Notes under the pieces: model-generated
Seen by the model: the letters and a program-made list of their open reading frames with translations, nothing else
What the model was told of the DNA's origin: nothing
Database searches by the model: none
Part shown: piece by piece, positions 10,898 to 24,540 of the stretch
Layout: each line of letters starts with the position of its first letter
How positions within the stretch are numbered: the first letter of the stretch is position 1
Position numbers and translations under genes: made by a program
Source of the DNA: Octopus vulgaris
Taxonomy: Eukaryota
Reading direction: 5' to 3'
Assembly: GCA_951406725.2 (NCBI GenBank)
Contig: OX597816.1
Span: 179,304,001-179,368,000 of the forward strand
DNA: 64,000 nt

Positions 10898-11110
10898 CGG
10901 TTTCAAATTTTGGCACAAGGCCAGCAAGTTTGGGGGAAGGGGGTAAATTGATTACATTGACCCCAGTGCTTAACTGGTACTTATTTTAACAACCCTTCAA
11001 AAATGAAAGGCAAAGTTGATCTGAGTGGCATATGAACTCAGGACGTAATACAGATAAAATGCCATAAGGCATTTTGCCTGGCATGCTAACAATTCTGCCA
11101 GTGCAATACC
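10898..11110 (-). mobile_element. Nin-type SINE
   Basis: GGTTTCAAATTTTGGCACAAGG..ATGAAAGGCAAAGTTGA..TGAACTCA..GCTAACAATTCTGCCAG. Confidence 0.8.
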
Positions 11111-11973
11111 TTTATCAAGGACTGTAATATCAACAGCAGAAAAAAAAAGACAACACAAAAATAGAACTGTTAGATTAATAGTAAAAAAAATATAGAAACG
11201 GAATGCAGAAAATTAGTATACTAAAAGTTAGAGTGGGTTTTTCCATGTATCAAAGTAATAACTTCAGAGCTCGTAGCCATTCATGACAGCTAAATGATGT
11301 CTAATAGACACAAAAGAACATCTGCAATGGATTTAAACTCATGATCGCTGACATGGCAGTCAAGTTATTTTAACGATTCAATGTCACTAATAATTTCAGA
11401 AGAATACTGAAATGGCAATGAGAAAAAAAAAAACCCTCCATATAAATTAGAATTTTCAAGTAGTTGATGTACATTAGAATAACTTTCAATAATTTCTTTA
11501 TTCTAGGTTAAATTTGTGAAAAATAAAGTCAAGGCTGACCTGGAGTTAAATTATAATTGAAAGATTTAACCTTTTCATGAATTAACTAAATATCTTGTAA
11601 GTAAATAATCATTGGAAATAGTTTTAACAATAATCCATCTTTACGTAAGTGGTTCAATGAACAATTGTGAAAAGTAGTTCAAGAAAGAATTATGAAAGCT
11701 GTAGGTTAACTTCCATTCAACACATCAGTGTTAACTTCCATTGCTTACATAATTATGCCAAAGACACTCATATTTAATTTCAAGCAGAGATGACGAAAAC
11801 AACTCAATCTACTGGTATATGCTTCACCAACTACCACATCTTCAATATTTGTTTTGATAATAAGAACTATCATTATTCAGCAGCTACTAATTAGCTCCAA
11901 GAACAGCATAGTAATATAGTTGGCAAGATTACAGAGAATTCACAAACACAAAACATTCCTCGGCAAAGTTAGA

Positions 11974-12030
11974 ATGAGAAGAAAATTCACAGCTAGTGGG
12001 AGAAATATCAACAAGTTATTTTCTATGGAG
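11974..12030 (+). CDS. Candidate exon end (MRRKFTASGRNINKLFSME)
   Basis: Consensus donor GAG|GTAAGT in repeat-free DNA; frame open from about 11920. Confidence 0.2.
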
Positions 12031-13070
12031 GTAAGTAGTCTGAGTTGAGTGCACAAGGGGGTCCGTGTCACTAAAATAGCACAGAAAGATATGCAGCAGG
12101 TGGGAAATGTTTGAGTTAACTATACCTTTTCTCAATGCATGGCATGATACTTCTTTCCATATCTATGGTTAAGCATTTGTTTAAAATAATAAAAAATATA
12201 AGATTGTCAGCATCGGAAAATTTTAATAAATAAAATGCTCAAATAAGATATTTCATGTTTTGATATATTTCAGTATAGTGGAATTTAGCAGGCAAATAGT
12301 TTTTGCTAAAGATATAGCTGATACAGGTCTTGACATAGAAAGCTATAAATTTTCTTTTACAATGAACTTACCAGTCTAATTCATAAAGATTTAGTTATAT
12401 ATATTATAGTGATTACAAATTTAACCAACCATATAACTGGTTTCTGTCAAAAGCTTTGCTAGGACTTAGGATAAAAAAAAAATTATTGAACAATTTTTCT
12501 ATGATATAGCAATTTGTTAACTACTATTACTGCTGAGTAATTTAGTAGTTTGTGTTATTTGAACTGATACAGTTCAATCTGTGCTCATCCCACTTTTCAC
12601 TTCAACATGTTCTAAAGTACTTTTACCATGGAAGAGGACAAAAAATTCTAACAGACATTGTCATGAGATATTTATTTTGTTATCATAATATTGAAATAGG
12701 TATATAAACACAAAAAATTACTGACAATACTCACTTTCTTCCAAAGTAACCTGAACACTAATTGTAGGTAAAGATACTTGACAGACAGGTGAAATTACAT
12801 GTGAATGCTATTTAGTAGATTATTACTAACAATAAAATACTACCAAAAAACTATACTTCTGATTAGTCACCAAAAAACATTACACAAGAGACTGAACCCT
12901 CACCTCATCCCAATAAAAAGAAAACAGATGCTTGTTCAACTATTCCAGATGCATTAATGGCTTTTTGTTCAATTGAAAATAATAATACCAACTAAGAGAA
13001 ATTAGTATTATTTCCCATACATTAAATACATACTAATATATTTATACCATTAATATACTTGCTAGTATAA

Positions 13071-13252
13071 GGGCAGGGAGCAGGCAGAATTGTTAGCACA
13101 CTGGGTGAAATGCTTAGTGGTATTTCATCCATCTTTATGTTTTGAGTTCAAATTCTGCTGAGGTTGACATTGCTTTTCATCCTTTCAGGGTTGATGTAAT
13201 CAACTAGTTCCTCCCCCAAATTTCTGGCCTTGTGCCCAAATTTGAAATCAAT
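13071..13252 (+). mobile_element. Nin-type SINE (internally deleted)
   Basis: GGCAGAATTGTTAGCAC..GAGTTCAAATTC..TTTTCATCCTTTCAGGGTTGAT. Confidence 0.8.
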
Positions 13253-13744
13253 AAACTTGCTATTATAGTAATACTCTTCAAAATCAAACCAACAGTGACA
13301 AGAAGAATCCACTAATTTTAATACTATAATATCCCATTTTCTGGTCATTTCATACACCTTGTGAAATTTATTCAAAGCATCTTTTGTACATTATACCATC
13401 TACAGAGATTGTAATATTTCAGCTGCACTATTACTCATGAATTTCCAAAGTTCTTGTCTTATTTATAAGATAAGGACTCTGAATAATGAAGTAGTGGGTT
13501 CTAGTTTCAATTTTCAGAGATATACATACATATTCTTGGAGAACTTTTTCCTCTGAAGCTATCACAAGTTTGATTAACATAGTGAAATAGAGACAAAAAG
13601 TTGGAAATAATGAAAACCTAATTAAGATAAACATTAGAGGAAATCTGAAGGGGTTTTTTTTCTGTAATTACCTGTTACCTGCAATGAATTTGACTAGTCA
13701 AATAAGTGAAACGTGAACAGGTTCTACCTCAGGGATAGAAGTGA

Positions 13745-13935
13745 GCGTACTGGACAAAATGCTTAGTGGCATCTTATCTGCTTTTACATTCTGAGTTCAA
13801 ATTCCAATGTAGTCAACTTTGCCTTTCATCCTTTCAGGTTTGTTAAAATAAGTACCAGATCACCACAGGGGTCAATGTGATCAACTTACACCCTCCCCCA
13901 AATTTCTGGCCTCGTACCAAAATCTGAAGTCAATT
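13745..13935 (+). mobile_element. Nin-type SINE
   Basis: CAAAATGCTTAG..GAGTTCAAATTCC..GCCTTTCATCCTTTCAGG..AAGTACCAG. Confidence 0.8.
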
Positions 13936-14249
13936 TTTTTCCTCAGGTACCTGACAAAAGCAATTACCTCTTCATAGCTCATTTTACTAGAATATAAATA
14001 GATACCGTAAAGAGACACAGTTCATTGCCATACATAGTGAAGTTTACTTGCTGGGTTTTATTGTTGGCCAGTAACTGCGAGATACAAATGAACTCCTATC
14101 AGAACAATTCTTCAAAAACAGATACTGTCTCTCCTTAATTCATTCTACCTATCTATGAGGATCCTGAATGGTATGGAGAACATCCTTAAATTCTTTATCC
14201 TAAAACATGACAAAATAGCAAACAGTTCTTAATCGCACTATTAATGTAT

Positions 14250-14470
14250 CTTTTATCGTTTACTTGCTTCAGTCATTTGGCTGTGGCCATGCTGGGGCAC
14301 TGCCTTGAAGAGTTTTAATTGAACAAACTGACTTCAGGACTTATTTTTTAAGCCTAGTACTTATACTATCAGTCACTTTTGCTGAACTGCTAAGTTATGA
14401 GGACGTAAACATACCAATACCAGTTGTCAAGTGGTGATGGAGGACAAACACTGACATAAAGACACACATG
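14250..14470 (-). mobile_element. CORE-type SINE, 3' half (interrupted; 5' half at 16108-16252)
   Basis: Reverse complement of the 3' half of 26989-27388 (TTTACTTGCTTCAGTCATTTGGCTGTGGCCATGCTGG). Confidence 0.8.
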
Positions 14471-14491
14471 TAAATATATACATACATATAT

Positions 14492-14711
14492 ATGTATGTA
14501 TGCATACATGCATACATGCATGTATGTGTGTATGTATGTATGTATGTATGTATGTATGTATGTATGTATGTATGTATGTATGTATGTATGTATGTATGTA
14601 TGTATGTATGTATGTATGTATGTATGTATGTATGTATGTATGTATGTATGTATGTATGTATGTATGTATGTGTGTATGTATGTATGTATGTATATATATA
14701 TATATATATAT
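14492..14711. repeat. (TATG)n and (TA)n microsatellite
   Basis: Direct inspection. Confidence 0.95.
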
Positions 14712-14789
14712 CCTTTAAATCTGTTGATGTGAAACATTTTTGAGTGCACCCATAAAAGCTTTAAAGGATTGTTATTACTCCATATACAT

Positions 14790-16080
14790 ATATATCCACT
14801 TCATCCTTCGTGGATATCCCCTCACTACTATCCAGATGCCCTTGCCAGAGCACGTTCCATGGACCATGCCTCTGCTCTCTCTCCCCACCCCCACCCCACT
14901 GTTGCCTGTCTCCCATTTCCCCTCACCTACCACCCCTCCACCCTGCCTCTCCAATGCACCATTCTCTGAGCCTTCCAGTGACTCCAGTCTGACCCCGCTC
15001 CACTTCACACATCTTCCCCAACCTACCCCTCCCCTCCTTTAAATGAAACCATAACTTACGTGACCTCCTGATCCACAGTTTCTTCCACCTTCCAGCCTGG
15101 CTCATTCCCTTGCTGCAACACTTGCCCCTACCTCTCCAACACCACCATCCTCACAGGCACCCATCATCATCCTTATTATATCACTGAATCCTTTACATGC
15201 ACTTCTAGCAACGTCATTAACTGCATCTGCTCTTTCTGTCCTCTGTACATAGGTCAAACAGGATGCCGCTTGACTGACCAGTTTGTGGAGCACCTCCAAG
15301 ACATTAGACTTGACAACGACACCCCAGTCTCAGACCATTTCTGCTCTACCGGTCATTCATTATAACACCTGTCTGTGTTTGGATTGTCTTTGCACAGGGG
15401 CCATCCGGACTCTTGCCTTCACCGTGAACAGGAATTAATCTTCTCTCTTTGCACCTTTGTGCCACATGGGCTCAACTTCCCTCCCCTCCCCTCCTCTCTT
15501 CATCTCACACCTACTTCCTCTCTTCATTCCAACCCACCTCTCCTCTTTTGCCCTGACACCTACGACCTCTCTTCACTCCTACCCACCTTCTCCCTTCCTC
15601 ATTACATCCTCCATCCACACCTCACCCCTACACATCCCACCCCACACATTCCACTCTCACATACCCCACATCCTTACCCCAAACACACACCCCATCCTCA
15701 CATCCCACACCCCAACACCATCACATCACCCCCCACACACACTAGCACTGACCACTTCCCAGCACCCACACCATCATCTACACATTACAGATGCACACAC
15801 TTACTCTCACATACACATGTACATACACCTTCGTTTTGAGATCACCAATACTTTATTATCTTCCCTTCTTCCTAGCTCATCTGTGTAACTACCCCTGTCT
15901 GGCAAGCTCCAAAAGTTTTTTTTTATTCTCTCTGTTTATTTCTTTGTGTTCCTTTCTGTTGAAGAGCGTAGGCATGCAATGTAAAAGACATTCTCACCTT
16001 CCTGAATGTTAAACTAATACACCTGTTTGTTGTTCATACACTTGTCTTTGTCTTTTGTTTTTCTGTAAATTTCAACTATG
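14790..16080 (+). mobile_element. Decayed Penelope-like element (RT thumb, GIY-YIG endonuclease and 3' region)
   Basis: Frameshifted translation gives FILRGYP, PLTYHP, FTCTSSNVINCICSFCPLYIGQTG, EHLQDIR, VSDHF and REQELIFSLCTFVPHGLN (coding to about 15476). Confidence 0.85.
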
Positions 16081-16107
16081 TATATATATACACACACACA
16101 CACACAT

Positions 16108-16252
16108 GATGGGGTTATTTCAGTTTCTGTCAACCAAATCCACTCACAAGACTTTGGCTAGCTTGAGGTTGTAGTAGAAGACACTTGCCCAAGGTGCCAC
16201 ATGGTAGGATTGAATTCAGAACCATGTGGTTGGGAAGCAAGCTTCTTACCAC
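16108..16252 (-). mobile_element. CORE-type SINE, 5' half
   Basis: TTTCAGTTTCTGTCAACCAAATCCACTCACAAG..GACACTTGCCCAAGGTGCCAC..CTTCTTACCAC. Confidence 0.8.
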
Positions 16253-16427
16253 AAAAAAAGGATTGACTAAAATACTAAATTTCGATAGGCTAAAATTAGT
16301 TATTTTGCTCTTATTTATCTTCTTTTGCCCTCACTCTTTCACTTTGGTCTATCAATACTTGGCTAATGTTTATACAGAAAGAAAAGAAGAAAAATATTGA
16401 AGAATGCAGAAATTTAAAGAATGAAAT

Positions 16428-16751
16428 TCATCATCATCATCATCATCATCATGTTGTTCATGCTGGCATGGGTTGGACAGTTTGACCAGGGCTGGCAAGC
16501 TGGAAGGCTGCACCAGACACCAGTCTGATTTGGCATAGCTTCTATGGCTTGATGCCTTTCCTAACACGAAATACTCCAAGAGTGTAATGGGTACTTTTAC
16601 GTGCCATTTGCATGACCCCGGTATTACCATGATTGTGATTTTACTTGGCTTAATGGGTCTTCTCAAGCACAACATAATGCTAAAGGTCTTAGTCATTCAT
16701 CCATTGCCTCCGTGAGGCCCAACACTTGAAAGGTGCTTTTCACGTGCCACC
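16428..16751 (-). mobile_element. RTE 3' end fragment
   Basis: (TCA)n followed by CATGCTGGCATGGGTTGGACAG..GATGCCTTTCCTAAC. Confidence 0.75.
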
Positions 16752-17011
16752 GATAAATTGTTTAGACTTTTGCATTTGATATTGTATTCCTTCAATATAC
16801 TGCCATTTTCTTCTTTTAAATATATATCTTATAATATGCTTCTCAAATAAATTTCATTTATGACTAAATATTTTAAAACCATTTTCCTTCTTATTTTCCC
16901 CTAAAAAATACAAAATTTGGAGCTTTGATTTTTCACTATTATGGTATTATGGTGTTCTAATTGTTTGGTCTTTTAGAATTTGGTCACCACTTGTTCTGTC
17001 TTCAGGTCAAA

Positions 17012-17054
<43 letters not shown>

Positions 17055-17313
17055 TATGATTTTAAATTTAATTTAATTTGCAAGACAAATAAACAGCATT
17101 TAGAACTACATATGTATTTAGCAGTTGATAGTACAAATACAAAAAGTTACTAATAAGAATTATGCAATTTCTGAAGATTTGACAATGCAATCTGCTTATA
17201 AGGTTTTTCTTATATAACTGGTATTTTTATTTCTTAACAAAATGCACATAAGGTGCTGTTACTAAATATTTTATGAACAAACTCTTGTTCTGTTTTGCTT
17301 TATATATATATAT

Positions 17314-17654
17314 ATGCATGATGGTGCACTTTTCCACAGCCAGCTTGAGTTACCAGTCAGTATTCCATTGCTTCATTGTGTCCAGGTCTGATTGCAGGAA
17401 AGATCCATAGTGTCTATCTCAAGGTACAGCTTGATGTCATCTGCATATTTCAACACTGCAACATTCAAGCTGGCATCTATATTATTAATATATGCAACAA
17501 ACAACAGGGACCCAAGAATGGATCCCTATGCTAAACCAGATGCTGAATGCTGTCCTAGAACTGTAACTACTTCTTTTTGACTGAGAATGAAGGACTTCAA
17601 CCAGTTATAAAAATTATCTTTCACATCCATTGCAGAGGATTTTGACATTCTTTC

Positions 17655-17665
<11 letters not shown>
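17314..17665 (-). repeat. Inverted duplicate of the CR1/L2-like RT segment at 17776-18140
   Basis: Near-identical reverse complement, with few substitutions and a deletion of about 15 bp. Confidence 0.9.
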
Positions 17666-17714
<49 letters not shown>

Positions 17715-17733
17715 GCTCTGTATGTATGTGTGT

Positions 17734-17775
<42 letters not shown>

Positions 17776-17778
<3 letters not shown>

Positions 17779-18920
17779 TGTGTGAAAGAATGTCAAAATC
17801 CTCTGCAATGGATGTGAAAGATAATTTTTATAACTGGTTGAAGTCCTTCATTCTCAGTCAAAAAGAAGTAGTTACAGTTCCAGGACAGCATTCAGCATCT
17901 GGTTTAGCATAGGGATCCATTCTTGGGTCCCTGTTGTTTGTTGCATATATTAATAATATAGATGTCAGCTTGAATGTTACAGTGTTGAAATATGCAGATG
18001 ACATCAAGCTGTACCTTGAGATAGAAAGAACAGATCCTATACACTATGGATCTTTCCTGCAATCAGACCTGAACACAATGGAGCAATGGAATACTGACTG
18101 GTAACTCAAGCTGGCTGTGGAAAAGTGCACCATCATGCATTCTGTGAGGAAAATTTAGCTTTTACATACTCCCTCTTCAGAAATCGGTTAGTGAATGTGA
18201 CCTGGGTATTATTGTCAACAGCAATTTGTGTTGGACAAGCCACAACTCTAAAATTGTCAAAAAGGTTGAGAGTGTCTTAGTAACACTGAGTAAGACCTTT
18301 GTCAGCCACTCTCCAGCTATCTTTAAAATTGTATATGACTATGGTATGTTCACACCATAGTATGGTATGGTATTCACACCTATGGTATGTTTGCATCACC
18401 AGTCTGGAATCCCTATTTTGCTCAGGATATCAGTCTCCTGGAAACTGTTTAGAAACGTGCAACCAAACAAATACCCACTGTCAGGCATCTACCATACTCT
18501 GAGCATCTTGCTCTGAGGTACGGCAGTTACTTGGTAGACGATCACAAGGTTATCCATTATCTTTCCAACAAAAACCTTGGGCACTTTTTTGAATTCTGTG
18601 TCTAACACTCATGGACATGCTTAGAAATCAAAAAAACAACACAACACCCATCACTTTTGGAAAATTTTTTTTCATGCTCAGAATTACTGAAGCATGGAGA
18701 AAAAACATCTGCATCAGTAGTTGGCTGTTGGGACATTGCTCCCTTCAAAATTTCCATCATTCCTGAAATCCAACAAAGTACACCTGATGTTCCTACCTTT
18801 TTTCCCCAACTCGTTCATTGTCCACTTCCTGTGCATTATTCTATGTACTGTTTATGCAACTTTTTCTGACGAGTCGTAGTGGAACTGAGCACTGTATACA
18901 ATAAGTTCATTATTATTATA
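17776..18920 (+). mobile_element. 5'-truncated CR1/L2-like LINE
   Basis: Decayed RT motifs GSILGSLLFVAYINNI, KYADDIKL, LQSDL, KCTIMH, DLGIIV and SNTHGH; ends GCACTGTATACAATAAGTTC(ATT)n. Confidence 0.85.
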
Positions 18921-19004
18921 ATGAATTACACTCATAGGTCATAGGTTTATCTGTACTGTTAGCGTTTCATTAAGTAGTTAGGAAGAACATTTTGGCTGCA
19001 AGCA

Positions 19005-19562
19005 TAGGTGTCACTGCCTGTAATGTGGACATCCTAACAGTGGGGGGGGGGGGAAACTTGTGGAAGAGGTAGACCCAGGAAGATCTGGGATGATGTGGTG
19101 AAGCACGACCTTTGAACATTGGGCCTCACAGAGGCAATAACAAGTGACTGAGACCTTTGGAGACATGCTATGCTTGAGAAGACCTGGCAAGGCAAGCGAG
19201 ATTGTAGCTGTGGCTGATACCTGTGTCACATAACCAGCCCATTTAAAGGTACCCTTCAATCGTCGAGCAATAAGCTGTGCTTGCGAAGACCTGTTGAGTC
19301 AAGTGAAATCGTTGCTGTGGCTGATGCCGGTGCTACCTGACTGGCACCCATGTTGGTGGCATGTAAAAAGCACTGTTTGATCGTGGTTGATGCCGGTGGC
19401 AGGTAAAAAGAACCCACTACACTCAGAGTGGTTGGCATTAGGAAGGACATCCAGCTGTAGAAACCTTGGAACCTGATGTAGCCACCCTGGCTTGCCAGTT
19501 CTCAGTCAAACTGTCCAACCCATGCCAGCATGGAAAGCAAACATTAAATGATGATGATGATG
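19005..19562 (+). mobile_element. RTE 3' fragment (ORF end and UTR)
   Basis: CGRGRPRKIWDDVVKHDL-like coding sequence followed by the shared RTE tail and (GAT)n. Confidence 0.85.
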
Positions 19563-19790
19563 GTAGGGGCCTGGAGGGCTGCTATCAGTCTGTGCTAGTT
19601 GCCATTGAGATGTCAAGTGTTCTAGGACCCTGTACAACCGATTTCCTCTGCAAAATAGGGATAACAGCAGCCTGTTAGAGAAATGAGCCCTGAAAGATGA
19701 AGTGGCTGCTGAGTGAGTGCTGCTGGCCATTCTCTACAGCAAAGATATCATGGTCATTACAGCAGGGTGTAGCTGAGCACCCCATTTCTT
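19563..19790 (+). mobile_element. Decayed restriction-like endonuclease end of a CRE-like non-LTR element
   Basis: RGLEGCYQSVLVAIEMSSVLGPCTTDFLCKIG..EP..WLL..LAI resembles the F.PVA.ET.G..G....FL..LG pattern of CRE-clade RLE domains. Confidence 0.5.
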
Positions 19791-20203
19791 CTGGGGGTAT
19801 ATAGCCCATCACCCCTTCCCTTTCCATCTTCTGCTGCTTTACTCACCCACTGTTTTTCTTTCTTTTCCTTTTTTTTTATCTCTCTTCTTTCTTGTTTGTT
19901 AGTATTTGGTAACCTTAAATGAAGCAAAGAGAGATGATAAATCCTTAGATTGGATCACTGCCCACCTGGGCCTGAACCAGTAACTATGTTTCAAACCCAT
20001 TCTACTCACAGAATGGAACACATTATCATTCCATTATTCCTCCATCCTTATTTTCATCCTTTAAATATTTTACTTTACGTTACCTTAGTTCATTTAGCTG
20101 TCGGAAGTAATCAATATCAGTTGAATCTGGTTCAGTCTCAGAACCAATAATCACCAACCAGTTCATCTAGCAGTCAGTAATCTGCTTGACCAGTCCACTA
20201 ATT

Positions 20204-20375
20204 CATCATCATCATCATCGTTTAGCATCTGTTTTCCATGCTAGCATGGGTTGGACGGTTCAACTGGGGTCTGTGAAGCCGGAAGGCTTCATCAGGCCTA
20301 GTCAGATCTGGCAGTGTTTCTACGGCTGGATGCCCTTCCTAATGCCAACCACTCCGTGAGTGTAGTGGGTGTTTA
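20204..20375 (-). mobile_element. RTE 3' end fragment
   Basis: (TCA)n..CCATGCTAGCATGGGTTGGACGG..GGATGCCCTTCCTAATGCCAACCACTCC. Confidence 0.85.
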
Positions 20376-21617
20376 CGGAGTGGTTGCGTTAATTAATTTA
20401 CTTAAATGTCAGGAATAGGCACCAGACGAATCTGGTTCAGCCATAAACTATACTCCTACAAGGCATCTTGGTCCACCTTGCCATTGGATGTTGCCCTTGA
20501 GTCTGAAAAGTTACTACAGATAATGGCTAGTGCAACACTATATTTCACTTTAAATGTATCACACAGAAGGTGTCTACTGCCAGCTGAACATCTTCCTCAA
20601 CCAAGGGGGCTCTCACAATGTCTAATTTACTTTTCTCAATTACATTTCTCGATATGTCATGAGTAAATTTTGAGGAAATAAAGCATTTATTTCACATTGC
20701 AACTCTGCTGATGTATTAAGGTTTCATTGGAAAGTTAGTTGCACAACAGTTTCGGTAATTAGTTACATAAATGTTAATGTGGTTGTATAATAGCAAATGT
20801 ATGTGTTGCATAGCATTCGATGTAGTTGATTATATAACCACTACTGTAGTTAGCTGTGCTATAAAACAGTTGTTGAAATTAGCAATATAGACTACATTTG
20901 CTCATCAGTGTTAGAAATATTTCAGCTATGATCAGTTGCTGAACCTCTACAATACACAAATACAATCCCTGCTGGAAGTACAAGTAACATGCCTAGTGTT
21001 GTGGTGCTGCTAGAAACACAAACATCCAGGACCATATTAAAGAAGGCCATTCAACTCATTTGTTCAGACTTACCAGCACCAATGCTAATGAACTACAATA
21101 ACTAGTTAACGGATGTGCTGTTTTTACTTTCTTCCTCTTCTACTAATACTACTACAACAACTCCTCTGAAGCAACTAGCTGTATACCTTCCACACCTAGG
21201 CCCACTTAACACACCTGTATGTCCTCATTCCACCACTCAAACATGTCTCACTTTCTGGGATTTCCTATTTGGTGCTGTTTCAAATGAATATCTCTCAACC
21301 ACTTCATAATCACAAACCAAAGATCATGGGGCACTGTTCCTTCCTCTCAAACTTATCAGAATATAAATAGTTATAGCTTCTCCTAAAGGTTTAATTTATT
21401 AGTTCATTTCAGTGAAAATTTATGTCTGTCACTATGTCTCATTTCTTCTTTGATCTACCTGTTTGTCTGTCTGTCTGTCCGTCTGTCACACCCACACACA
21501 CCCACATACACAGCCACAAGCAGTCTATTATTTTGTCTCTGAATATGTTAGCAGGCGAAGGGAGAAAAGAGTGAGAAAAAAGGCAAGGTAGAGAGGAAAA
21601 CATGCTTACATGTAAGT

Positions 21618-22082
<465 letters not shown>

Positions 22083-22764
22083 AGAGATATATTGACTTTT
22101 GGGAAAGAAATGTTTCAAAACAAAGCCAATATAGAAGCAACAATGATACAATTGTAAACTTCCTTGTAGATGGAGAACCAATCAGAATGCATGTGGTTCG
22201 TTTTCTCTGCTCCCTACTGCTTTACTTACCCCTCAACTGCTAATTAAAGCAGAGTGTAATATTTCATCTGCTGCCACACCTAATTCGTTTATCCTTCTCT
22301 GAGAGAAATCCTGTTTCTCCCCTCCATTCATTCTTCTCCTGTTTGGGTAGGTACGAGCTATCAGTTAAAGCAGGAATGCATTATATCTTGAAGTTGGTTG
22401 CTGCTCCCTTATGTGTAGGTTTTTCTCTTATGGTTTTCCTTTACATAACCAGCCTTTGCACTCAAAAGTACACTCCCTCACACCCCACTGCACATACACA
22501 CTCACACACAGAAACTAGCACACATACACATGTACGCACATACATCACACCCACACTAACTTATAACAAGTGGTTCACGAGTTTTTACTATAAACATCAT
22601 AAGAATCATGTTAGCTGACAACAATTACACAAATATCCCAGGGTTTATCATTCCAATGCCGCAATCACAACTATTCACGATATATTTCTAATAACTGGAC
22701 CTCACCAATCCCTCTACTAAATGTTGAGTCATCAGTGAACCAAGCCATTGTCTTCCTTGATAAC

Positions 22765-22798
<34 letters not shown>

Positions 22799-22999
22799 TC
22801 TCTCTCTCTCTCTAAGCAATTTTATTTTTCCTCAGCCAATAGATATACAGTCTTTATAGATTTACTTAGTAAATCATTAATCACTAATTACATAAATACG
22901 AACGCTGTGCTTCATTGAAGAGGTTCATATAAGACAAACCGAAGTTGTTTTTTTTCTGTACTTGCCAAAAGTTCTTCCCAGTATTTCATTCCAGTTGAA

Positions 23000-23215
23000 G
23001 GAGGCAAACCAGCAGAATTGTTAGCATGCTGGGTAAGATGCTTAGCAGTATTTTATCTGTCTTCACATTCTGAGTTCAAATGTTGCTGGGGGTGACTTTA
23101 CCTTTCAGCTTTTCAAGGTTGATGAAATAAGTACCAGCTGAATACTGGGGTTGATGTTATTGACTTAGACCCTATCCAGAAGTTACTGGCTTTATGCCAA
23201 AATTTGAAATCAATA
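23000..23215 (+). mobile_element. Nin-type SINE
   Basis: GCAGAATTGTTAGCATGCTGGG..GAGTTCAAATG..AAGTACCAG..CCAAAATTTGAAATC. Confidence 0.8.
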
Positions 23216-23256
23216 TTTAATTCTAGTTGGCTTTTTCATGATCCATGCATTATATA

Positions 23257-24540
23257 TGAGGGTTGGTTGAAAAGTTCATAGGCTGACCAAGATACTCTCA
23301 TGGAATGTGACCAATTGCAGTTTATTTTACAACATAGTCCCCCTTGCAGTCCACACACTTCTTCCATTGATGTTGTAGTGCTTGGGTCCCATTGGTGAAG
23401 AAGCTTTTAACTTGTAGGTCCAATAAGTCATCAACAGCAGATATGACGTCATCATTGTGATACTGATTCCCAGCCAAGTGTCTTTCCATGTTGTAGAACA
23501 GATGATAGCCAGATAGGGTACAATCAGGAGATTAGGGATGGTGATCAACCAGTTCAAAGCCACAGTTTATGCACAGTGGCCAATGAAACAAAGAATTTGT
23601 TTGCTGGGGCATTGTCTTGATGAAACAAGACTCCTTCTATCAGTTTTCATGGACATTTAGTTTTGACAGCCTTTTGTAACTGCCTCAGCAAGTTGGCATT
23701 GTGATGGTGTGGCCCTTTTGAAGATAGCCAATAAGCACAATGCCTACTGCATCCCAAAAAACTGAGGGCATCACCTTCCCTGTAGATGAAATAGCATTGG
23801 CCTTCTTTGGAATGAGTAAAGAGAAATGTTTCCACTGCATGAATTGTCACTTTGCCTCTGGTTTAAAGTGGTGAAGCCAACACTCATCCTAGGTTAGAGA
23901 ACATGAAAAAACCCAGCTAGATCTGCCTCACACTATGTCAGATTTTTCTGTGATGTGACCAGCCTAGTGCACTTTGGATCAGGTGTCACAAGATGAGGCA
24001 CCCACTGAGCAGAAATCATCATCCTGCCAAGTTCAGTGGGCAGAATATTCTCAAATATCTCATGGGATATGCTAATAACATTGGCTATTTGATTTATAGT
24101 TAATTGCTTGTCATTCATCACCATGTGGTGAATGTGGTCAATGTTTTCCTCAGTGGTGACAGTTGCAAGACGTGCAAACCTTGAGTCATCTTCAAGACTC
24201 TACCTTCCCCTTCTAAATTCAGATGCCCACTTTTGCATTGTTGATAAAGTTGGAGCATCATCCCCTAATGTAACAACCATGTCAGCATGAATGTCCTGGG
24301 GAAATTGGCAGGGTTAAACCATTTTTCAGCATGTACTTGATAATACTACAATGCCAAATTTTGTCCATTTTCAGGAGACATCACTACTAATTACTTTTAA
24401 AGTCTTCTTTGAGGAGTGAGATGAGTGAGAAAGAAACAATGCACTTATGAATAAGAAGAGTTGAAATTAATTGAGGCATGGTTTCACAGCTCTAGCACCA
24501 CTCCTTCACATCAATCTGTGAACTTTTCAACCCACCCTCA
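23257..24540 (-). mobile_element. Full-length decayed mariner transposon
   Basis: TIRs TGAGGGTTGGTTGAAAAGTTCA and TGAACTTTTCAACCCACCCTCA with TA on both sides; minus-strand transposase relics MDKIWH (start about 24368), WVPHLVT and HHP*SPD..GYHLF. Confidence 0.9.

Noticed and set aside
15955-15992. Hammerhead-like motif TTGAAGAGCGTAGGC in the 3' region of the second PLE
   Set aside because: The position fits a PLE ribozyme, but the GAAA box and first C are missing, so it cannot be supported in this copy
19902-19979. Possible exon YLVTLNEAKRDDKSLDWITAHLGLN after a long pyrimidine tract
   Set aside because: The donor is weak and the tract may be the tail of the adjacent CRE-like fragment
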